Assembly: GCA_965248755.1 (NCBI GenBank)
Contig: OZ252149.1
Span: 1,408,001 to 1,472,000 of the forward strand
From: Candidatus Latescibacterota bacterium
GTDB lineage: Bacteria > Latescibacterota > CBDEFO01
Direction: 5' to 3'
Length of the DNA stretch: 64,000 bases
Shown: in pieces, positions 56,681 through 64,000 of the stretch
Layout of the letters: each line of letters starts with the position of its first letter
Numbering within the stretch: the first letter of the stretch is position 1
Notes under the pieces: model-generated
Seen by the model: only the letters and a program-made list of their open reading frames with translations
Databases searched by the model: none
What the model was told of the DNA's origin: nothing
Program-made: the position numbers and the translations under genes

Positions 56681-58795
56681 TTGGCATCAACAGTAGGTAG
56701 TATTTTATGTAAGCTGACAGGATTGATTCTGCTTGCGTTGATGGGCATGATTATCTTTGTGGATGACGCATCCTCTGCGATTATCTATAGAATCGGTAGC
56801 CCCTTTTCACGTGCAGAAGAGGACAGTCTCCTGGGAATAGGGTTTAAGTCCGAGGAGATCAGGGAGATCAAGTGGAAAGATTATGAGTCGGTGAATACCC
56901 TCGACGTGGATTCCCTGGAAGCGGCGGATGTCGGCTCAATTCAACCCAAGTTTATCAGGGAGGGTGAGAGCATAGCCACAACGGCTCGGGACCGAGAAGG
57001 ATGGGTAACCATGGGTACCCAAGGAGATGAGTCGACAGGCAGCTTCAAGAGGCATGAAATCGAAGGCAACGTGGGGAATAACCTAATAGATGGAGATTTT
57101 ACCACGGCTTTTGTGTGGCCTCAGGGGCCACACCGAGGGGGCGCAAGATGTTCTAAGGCCAATGGCCGGGTGGTCATTTCCTTAGGCGGTCTATTTCTGG
57201 TCAACGAAGTAAGATTCTCCCCTCGTCAGGAACATCCGGAGCGCTTTTTACCGGAATACGAATTGGGTCTCAGCCAGGGCCTCCCGGAGGATTTCGAGGG
57301 TTTCGGTTTTCCTGGACCAGGAGGGCAGCAGGGAGGGCATCGCAAGGGCAACTTGTGTCGAGGACAATTATTCATCCCGGACTTCCCAAATTTGCCCAAT
57401 TACACGCACCTGGAGCGTGTAGAGCATGTGCCAATTAACAATCTATCTCCTGTAGTTAGCTTCACCTTTCAGCCACCGCAGAGGGTCGCTTATCTGGGGT
57501 TGTTTATCTGGCGCACATCGCAAAAGGCGATAGAGATCGCTGAGATTGAAGTCCTCGGACCGGGCTTTGTACCTGGTGCCTCTTATATAGCTGACATAAT
57601 TGAGTTGGATAAGAGCGCCACTTTGGGAGAGATCACGTGGTCGGGGAGGCGTGATCCCAAAGCCAGGGTTGAGATCAGAACAAGGAGCGGAAAAGATCCC
57701 CAACCGGACGTCTACTGGGAACTCAGACGGGCGCAGAATACGCTGGTAGAAATTCCTCCGACCGATGCTACAACCGGAGAAGTGCTCAGTTCAAAGGGGT
57801 ACAAACAAAAATACGATAATGTGAATAAGCCTGATCAAGGTGGAGTTACTGACGATACGCAAAACTGGAGCTTCTGGTCACAACCTTACGTTTTTGAGAG
57901 TCCGGGAACAGACATATTCTCTCCGGGCCCCCGCAAGTTCTTTCAGATAAAGGTGGATTTTTTCTCTTTTGGTCAGGACGGGGGCAAGATCGACTATTTA
58001 CAGTTTAAGGCCTCTGTGACTCCTGCGGCTTCGACTCTAGTAGGTGAGATATTCCCAGTGGAGGTCGAGATAGCAAAGACGACACAGTTTACTTATTTTA
58101 TCAATTCGGAGATCAGAGTTGGCGATACTGGATTCGATACCGTGGAGATTTTAACGCCTTTTGGGGTTACTTCGGTCGATTTGCTCAGAATAGATGGCAT
58201 CGACATTAATCGGGAAGATTTTACCCTGATGCTAAGGGAAGACGGCTTTGAGGTTAAGTTGCCGAGAAAGATGGAGATGGAAGACAGTGGATCTCTAATT
58301 GAAATGGTCTTCAACGCTCCTGTTTTGAGGGAACGCGGTACGATTTTTGACGGCAGGGTGTTTGACAGCGCCCTGCCACACGAGGTCCGTCAGAGGATCA
58401 AGGAGGGTAATGCGGCAGATGAGATAGAAAGCGATGTTCTTTCTGTAATTACGTCTTTGGACGCACCGTTACTCTCCTCCGTTGAGGTTGAACCAGACCC
58501 CTTCACACCCAATGGGGATGGTATCAACGATGAGTTGAAGATATCTTATGACCTTTTGAAGGTGACCGCTCCTGTTCCTGTCTCAGTAGATATATACGAT
58601 CTGTCGGGTCTCCTTATAAAGAACGTGTATTCTGGGGTTGATCCCGCAGGAGAATATACAGGAGAAGATGCCCGGGTTTGGGATGGGACAGACAGCGACA
58701 ATAATTTTGTTCCGCCTGGAATATATCTGTATCGCATATCGGTGGAGGCTGAGCAAGAGGAGACTGAGAGCGGTACTGTCTCTGTTGTCTATTAA
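56681..58795 (+). CDS. Secreted protein with discoidin-like region and FlgD-Ig / gliding-motility-CTD-like C-terminal domain
   Basis: GGAGGTG RBS + TTG; WSFWSQPY…SPGPRKFFQ; PDPFTPNGDGIND…YDLSG…WDG.D…PPGIYLY. Confidence 0.8.
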   Translation: MASTVGSILCKLTGLILLALMGMIIFVDDASSAIIYRIGSPFSRAEEDSLLGIGFKSEEIREIKWKDYESVNTLDVDSLEAADVGSIQPKFIREGESIATTARDREGWVTMGTQGDESTGSFKRHEIEGNVGNNLIDGDFTTAFVWPQGPHRGGARCSKANGRVVISLGGLFLVNEVRFSPRQEHPERFLPEYELGLSQGLPEDFEGFGFPGPGGQQGGHRKGNLCRGQLFIPDFPNLPNYTHLERVEHVPINNLSPVVSFTFQPPQRVAYLGLFIWRTSQKAIEIAEIEVLGPGFVPGASYIADIIELDKSATLGEITWSGRRDPKARVEIRTRSGKDPQPDVYWELRRAQNTLVEIPPTDATTGEVLSSKGYKQKYDNVNKPDQGGVTDDTQNWSFWSQPYVFESPGTDIFSPGPRKFFQIKVDFFSFGQDGGKIDYLQFKASVTPAASTLVGEIFPVEVEIAKTTQFTYFINSEIRVGDTGFDTVEILTPFGVTSVDLLRIDGIDINREDFTLMLREDGFEVKLPRKMEMEDSGSLIEMVFNAPVLRERGTIFDGRVFDSALPHEVRQRIKEGNAADEIESDVLSVITSLDAPLLSSVEVEPDPFTPNGDGINDELKISYDLLKVTAPVPVSVDIYDLSGLLIKNVYSGVDPAGEYTGEDARVWDGTDSDNNFVPPGIYLYRISVEAEQEETESGTVSVVY

Positions 58796-58823
58796 GTACA
58801 TGGTAAGCTGGAGGTGTTTTGTT

Positions 58824-61649
58824 ATGAAGTGGAGAATAGTTTGTCTATTATGCGCAATAGCGTGGGGCGTACTCTTGAAAGACTCGGTCGTTTGGGGTCA
58901 GCAGGTGGGACATTCTATCCAAGGCAACAGGGTCGTCATAGATTCGGAAGAGCATTGGTCTGCCTGGAAGTCCGCTCCAAAGACGATTCAGATCACCGAT
59001 GAGGGAGTAAGACCCTTCTTCATTCGCAAGAGCACAGAAATAGAGATAGATGGCCAGATAGTGAGAGTTCCCGGCATAAACGCCTCCTTGAACGCACCTG
59101 AGTTTGGAGGAGATGACTTCGCATTGGAGGCAGGTTCTAACCCTTCAAAGGTCTCCGACCTTTTAGATGGTAGAATGGATACCTTCTGGGAGCCGGACAG
59201 GAATGATCCCATAGAGGATTGGTGGGTGCGGATCGATCTGGGACGGGCTGTAACCGCCACCAAGGTTGTCCTCAAGTTCGTCGGGGAGGATCTTGGAAAT
59301 CCGTTTTTGCAGTTTAAGGTCCTCACGTCTCAGGGGTTAGAGGACAATAAAATTCTTAGAACCAGACAAGTCTTCACTACCGACAAGCCGCTCAAGGATA
59401 AGAGAGTCGTTGAGGTCGAATTGACTCTGACGGGTAAATTCGTCCGAGGCGGGTCACGAACTCCTTCTGGTTCAGCTGAAAAAATTGAGGAATTTAGCGG
59501 CGACGCTATCAGATATGTGACCGTTCAGATAACAGATAGCGATTTCGGAAAGGAGAGGCCGGTCTCCAAGGCTGCGTTTGAGAGTCTCGAGTCCAACAGA
59601 ATGGGAGATATAGAGTACTTCAGAAAGGCAGCATCGGGAAGGTTACGGTTGCTATCGGGGAAAGAAGTCTGGGAGGATTTAGATGAGAGTAAACAAGGTC
59701 CTGTAGTCCATTACCGTAGGGAGCTTCCGAGGTTGGCTGAGTTGGAGGTCTGGTCAATTGGCGACAACGTCGCTTTGGGCGTAATAGATCGTGGTGGCAC
59801 TTTAAGTAGCCTCGAAAACAGGAATGAAGAGCGTGTAGTCAATGGCGATATCACAGATGTCTGGTTGGGCAAACAAGGTTTTGAAGCCTCAAATGTACCG
59901 CCGTCTGAGCCTCTGGATGTCGAGCGCGACTTGTTTATAGACCTTGGAGGAACTTTCTTTTTAGATAACGTCCGGGTGATCATGTCACTCACTGAACCTC
60001 CCAGTGGATTTCACGCATACTTCCTGAAGGTTTCGGACGGCTCCCTGGCTGCCGACGAGGGTGTATCCTTTAAAACTGTGGCGTCGAAGAGTGGTATAGG
60101 CAGTGAAGATGCATTTCACAGCCACAACTTCGAGCTTACCAAAGTAAGATTTTTCAAATTTACCACCTCGTTCATAGCAAATCCAACAGGAGGAGGAGGA
60201 ACACCCGCAGGATTAGCGGAGCTACAATTTTTCGGAGAGGGCTTCGTGGCGAAGTCCCAGATCGAGTCTGTCTTTGAAGAAGGATCTCCTTTTATCGAGC
60301 TGGGGACTTCAAAGAATCTGGTTTCCATAGAGTGGGATGCAGATACTCCGCCAGGCACAGATGTTATCATTCAGACAAAGACAGGGGATACGTCAGAGAC
60401 GGAATACCGCTACTTTGACTTAGGCAGGAAGAAAGAATTTACGACGAATAGAAGGGGCGAATCGCCCAAAGTACAATATGAAAAGAAGGTTAACCTATTT
60501 TGGAAAAAGAGAGATCCAGACCCACCCACCCTGAAAGACGTATGCAGCAAAGGCGAGGATGTCATTGACCAAAATCTCTGTCGAAAATGGCTGGTCGATG
60601 AAAACACGAACTTTGAGGTTGGGCCCATAGATGCTGACATCCTCCCGGGGAATGACTGGAGCGGTTGGAGCCAGCCCTATGAGCATCCGGGGGATAAGAT
60701 CACGTCTCCGAGTCCCAGAAAATTCCTTTCGATCAGGGCTACGTTATTGACGGATGATCCTCAGGAGTCTGCCACTTTGCGTTCAGTGACACTTAATTTC
60801 CTAAATCCTGTGGCTGCAAATGTCGTCGGCGAGATAAAACCCAGCCGTCTGGATAAGCTGGGTGTCAATCAGGAATTTTCCTATTTCATCCGTCCGACGT
60901 TCGATCCTCAAAACCAAGAGCAAGAGTTCGATGAGATCCTTATTGAAGCGCCTCCGGGAGTCAGGATGAACTTTAAGCAGGTCAATAAGTGGGAGGATGA
61001 AAGCATTGAAGACATGATCATAAATGGCCTTCTGAGGGAACCTGATGAAAGTTATACAGTTCGAAGCAAAGATTTTGAGGTTTTATCTAGAGATGAGTCC
61101 GATTCTCTGTGGGTGCATCTGCCGAGTCTTATCGGGACGACTACAGACGCTGTTCTTATCGAGGTGCAGTTTGAAGCGACCTTGTTCGGATTCAGCACAT
61201 TTTTTGACGGTTCTATCGGCAACTCCTTTTCCGATGAGGTTTCATGGCAGAGGGTGGATGACGGAGATGCAAACGGCGTTACAGACAGTGAAAAGACAAT
61301 AGTATTAGCCCTTGAAGGAAATAAGATATTAGACAATATTGTGGTAGATCCTGAGATTTTTACACCCAATGGAGATGGTATCAACGATGAGACGTCAATA
61401 AGCTTTTCCCTATTGCGTTTGGCATTGAGTCAGGTCCAGGTTCAAATATACGATCTTAGCGGCAATATAGTTGTTGAATTGCTCAATGATTCCCTCTCTT
61501 CTGGGGCACATACGGTGACCTGGGCTGGCGTCGATAAGTCAGGAGACTTAGTCCCTCCCGGTATATATCTTTTAAGAATTAATATTGATACCGATTCAGG
61601 TTCGGCAGAAGATACTTCTGTCAACCGGTTAGTGAGCGTTGCTTATTAG
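58824..61649 (+). CDS. Secreted paralog with discoidin-like domains and FlgD-Ig-like C-terminal domain (start revised from 58638)
   Basis: GGAGGTG RBS + ATG 58824; signal peptide; LLDG..DTFW, IDLG; WSGWSQPY…SPSPR; FTPNGDGIND…PPGIYLL. Confidence 0.8.
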   Translation: MKWRIVCLLCAIAWGVLLKDSVVWGQQVGHSIQGNRVVIDSEEHWSAWKSAPKTIQITDEGVRPFFIRKSTEIEIDGQIVRVPGINASLNAPEFGGDDFALEAGSNPSKVSDLLDGRMDTFWEPDRNDPIEDWWVRIDLGRAVTATKVVLKFVGEDLGNPFLQFKVLTSQGLEDNKILRTRQVFTTDKPLKDKRVVEVELTLTGKFVRGGSRTPSGSAEKIEEFSGDAIRYVTVQITDSDFGKERPVSKAAFESLESNRMGDIEYFRKAASGRLRLLSGKEVWEDLDESKQGPVVHYRRELPRLAELEVWSIGDNVALGVIDRGGTLSSLENRNEERVVNGDITDVWLGKQGFEASNVPPSEPLDVERDLFIDLGGTFFLDNVRVIMSLTEPPSGFHAYFLKVSDGSLAADEGVSFKTVASKSGIGSEDAFHSHNFELTKVRFFKFTTSFIANPTGGGGTPAGLAELQFFGEGFVAKSQIESVFEEGSPFIELGTSKNLVSIEWDADTPPGTDVIIQTKTGDTSETEYRYFDLGRKKEFTTNRRGESPKVQYEKKVNLFWKKRDPDPPTLKDVCSKGEDVIDQNLCRKWLVDENTNFEVGPIDADILPGNDWSGWSQPYEHPGDKITSPSPRKFLSIRATLLTDDPQESATLRSVTLNFLNPVAANVVGEIKPSRLDKLGVNQEFSYFIRPTFDPQNQEQEFDEILIEAPPGVRMNFKQVNKWEDESIEDMIINGLLREPDESYTVRSKDFEVLSRDESDSLWVHLPSLIGTTTDAVLIEVQFEATLFGFSTFFDGSIGNSFSDEVSWQRVDDGDANGVTDSEKTIVLALEGNKILDNIVVDPEIFTPNGDGINDETSISFSLLRLALSQVQVQIYDLSGNIVVELLNDSLSSGAHTVTWAGVDKSGDLVPPGIYLLRINIDTDSGSAEDTSVNRLVSVAY

Positions 61650-61666
61650 TTTTTATTGAGGGAGGT

Positions 61667-63835
61667 ATGGATTTAATGGACAGCAGTTTTTTTAGAAAGG
61701 CGTGGCTATTAGTCCTTCTTATTGTGTTAGTGGGACTTATAACGAGAAAGTCTCATGGTGAGACGATTATAATAGGAGGCGGCCCGGACAATCTCCGCTG
61801 GGACGAACAATTTTCCGAGATAAAAGTCATCGATTTTGGCACTGATTCCGTCTCGGTTCAACCTAAACGGACTGATCCTAACGATAACATTTCCCTGGGG
61901 ATAATCAATAGGGGAGGGTCAATAACGTCACCTAACGCCGACAAAGCGCTTAGAGTGAGCAATAAAGAAATAGAAAAAAGATTACAGAATATGGTAAGCG
62001 GTGATACGACTGCTTTTGTAGTTAGGGGGATAAAAACTGTAGGGATCATAATTACAATAGATTTAGGCGAGCGATTCGCGGTCAGAAAGATCAAGTTTTT
62101 CCCAAGGAGTGGCTCTGAAGACTTTTTCTTGAGGGGCTATCAGATAAGATTAAACGATGGGAGTGAGGAGCAGAAGTTCTTAGGAGGGAGTCCGGAGTTC
62201 AGGTTCTTTATGTCAGTGGATGACAACGAGGAGCCGATAGTTGACATAGATGTCCCAGTGCAATTTGTCCGTTTCATAGAGTTACAACAGCTTCAACGAT
62301 CGGAGTGGGAGATAGACGAGTTTCAGGTCTTCGGCGAAGGTTTTGTGGCCGCAGCGTCGTATATATCAAAGATATTCGATCAGGGACAGCTTTCCGTCTT
62401 TGGCGGTATAGAATGGTCCAAGGGAAGTATAGGCCAACAGGCCAAATCGAGTGCTACTGTATCGACAAGGAGTGGAAGCGGAACAAGCACAAGTAACGTG
62501 GTGTGGAGGGATTGGTCTCAGCCCTATCGGGCAGGCGTCCTATCTGATATTGTATCGCCAGCACCGCGCCGTTTCTTTCAGTTTCGCATCCTCTTCGAAA
62601 GCGACGATATTGAGTCCGCCACAACTGTCGATTCGCTCGCATTTGAAGTTTCTCCAGCAGTAGCCGACTCGATATTGGGCGAGATATGGCCCCAAAATAC
62701 GCTCATCGGGCAAAACACTACCTTCGCCTACACGATAAGATCGTTCAACAGCACAGGCTTCGACACCCTCGAAATAAAGACCCTGGCGCCGGTGGACGTA
62801 GTAAGTTCGGTGCAAATAGATGGAATTGATGTTGATATTGACAAAAGAGATGTTATAGACGGGTTCAAAATACGCTTTCCGAGGATCACAGGGGACAAGA
62901 CCCTCACGGTAATTTTCGACAGCGTCGCCCTGCAGGTTAACACTGTGTTCAGTGGAAGGGTCTCTGATAGTCAAAGACCCGATTGGCTACCCCAATCCGC
63001 TGTAGATGGAGACGCAGCCCCGGATTTTGGCGTATTCGCGGATGGATTGGGCAATATCTATATTGCGGACGTGTTCAATCACCGGATATTTAAGGTGGAT
63101 ACGTCGGGCATCATCAATACTGTAGCAGGAAATGGCATTGCTGGATTTTCCGGTGATGGTGGTCCAGCTACCAGTGCGAGCCTGAATGTTCCTTCTGGCG
63201 TATTCGTGGATGAATTGGGCAATATCTATATCGCAGATACGAGCAATCATCGGATACGTAAGGTGGATACGTCGGGCATCATCTCCACCGTGGCAGGAAA
63301 TGGCATCCGGGGATTTTCCGGTGATGGTGGTCCAGCTACCAGTGCGAGCTTGGATCTTCCTTGGGGAGTATTCGTGGATGAATTGGGAAATATCTTTATC
63401 GCGGATCAGAAAAATAAACGGATACGTATAGTGGATACGTCGGGCATCATCTCCACCGTGGCCGGTACGCTGCCAGCCGTAAATGACCTTTCCGTAACGA
63501 TCCCTGTGGGTGACGACGTGATCCATTCCATGGAGGCCGCGCCCAATCCCTTTACACCAAATGGAGATGGAATAAACGATATCCTCTTTGTAACCTACGA
63601 CATTTTAAACCTGACAGACATAGTCCCGGTCTCGGTAAGTATTTACGATTTAAGCGGAAGGTTAAGGAAGGAGATCTACTCGGGTCATGATGCCAGCGGT
63701 AGATACCAACGGGACTGGGACGGGAGTGACGATGACGGACAACTGTTGCTCCCCGGATCGTATTTACTTCGTGTAGAGGTAGAAACAGATACGGTGACAG
63801 AGGGTAAAACAGAAACCGTATCTTTAGTCTATTGA
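61667..63835 (+). CDS. Secreted paralog with an inserted NHL-repeat module and FlgD-Ig-like C-terminal domain
   Basis: WRDWSQPY…SPAPRRFFQ; three GVFxD..GNIYIAD..N.RI units; PNPFTPNGDGIND. Confidence 0.82.
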   Translation: MDLMDSSFFRKAWLLVLLIVLVGLITRKSHGETIIIGGGPDNLRWDEQFSEIKVIDFGTDSVSVQPKRTDPNDNISLGIINRGGSITSPNADKALRVSNKEIEKRLQNMVSGDTTAFVVRGIKTVGIIITIDLGERFAVRKIKFFPRSGSEDFFLRGYQIRLNDGSEEQKFLGGSPEFRFFMSVDDNEEPIVDIDVPVQFVRFIELQQLQRSEWEIDEFQVFGEGFVAAASYISKIFDQGQLSVFGGIEWSKGSIGQQAKSSATVSTRSGSGTSTSNVVWRDWSQPYRAGVLSDIVSPAPRRFFQFRILFESDDIESATTVDSLAFEVSPAVADSILGEIWPQNTLIGQNTTFAYTIRSFNSTGFDTLEIKTLAPVDVVSSVQIDGIDVDIDKRDVIDGFKIRFPRITGDKTLTVIFDSVALQVNTVFSGRVSDSQRPDWLPQSAVDGDAAPDFGVFADGLGNIYIADVFNHRIFKVDTSGIINTVAGNGIAGFSGDGGPATSASLNVPSGVFVDELGNIYIADTSNHRIRKVDTSGIISTVAGNGIRGFSGDGGPATSASLDLPWGVFVDELGNIFIADQKNKRIRIVDTSGIISTVAGTLPAVNDLSVTIPVGDDVIHSMEAAPNPFTPNGDGINDILFVTYDILNLTDIVPVSVSIYDLSGRLRKEIYSGHDASGRYQRDWDGSDDDGQLLLPGSYLLRVEVETDTVTEGKTETVSLVY

Positions 63836-63836
63836 G

Positions 63837-63857
63837 CCCCGATAGACTCAATCGGGG
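63837..63857. repeat. Short hairpin element immediately after the stop codon
   Basis: CCCCGATAGACTCAATCGGGG. Confidence 0.9.
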
Positions 63858-63913
63858 GCTTTAACTGATCTAAAAGCTTCTGCTGTTCTAGCGCGTAACC
63901 AAGGGGGGTACTT

Positions 63914-64000
63914 ATGATAACTTTCAGATCTAAGGCGCGTGGTATCGGTGCTGCTATGGTTTGGGCGGTGATGATTTTCAACACTATTGCTTACGCTCAA
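63914..64000 (+). CDS. 5' end of a secreted protein (partial)
   Basis: AAGGGGGG RBS; MITFRSKARGIGAAMVWAVMIFNTIAYAQ looks like a signal peptide. Confidence 0.6.
   Translation, partial: MITFRSKARGIGAAMVWAVMIFNTIAYAQ

Noticed and set aside
58638..58823. ORF-track N-terminal extension of the 1003-aa protein (also the 18720, 32819 and 47404 starts)
   Set aside because: These extensions overlap upstream genes or repeats; better RBS/start or signal-peptide combinations lie downstream.

Overview
Bacterial chromosomal window. The secreted-protein repertoire suggests an FCB-group candidate lineage such as Latescibacterota, but this is inference only. Housekeeping blocks (hprK/hpf, holA, purM, pyrD/pyrK, comEC, rho-rpmE-prfA-prmC, glmM-like/zapA/murA) alternate with accessory patches. 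These include a TIR-domain gene followed by an attC-like site, a decayed tRNA-Pro-anchored island, BNR/sialidase-like paralogs, an SSS symporter between IS1595 and IS1380 relics, and a right-end cluster of secreted proteins carrying two kinds of conserved C-terminal tails. The most unusual signals are: (1) a ~21-24 bp hairpin element (CCCCGATAGATTCAATCGGGG) present about 10 times, which nests inside itself and sits in-frame in four coding sequences in the same register (SPI[D/E]SIGD-like peptide); (2) a hairpin-dense ~300 nt candidate structured RNA between the cold-shock gene and a terminator; (3) a MITE family with shared terminal inverted repeats, one copy at the junction of a 1965-bp-period duplication whose genes diverge in patches; (4) fusion proteins: HU-TPR and pterin-binding-MetF-MetV. 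No CRISPR array, rRNA, integrase or reverse transcriptase was seen.
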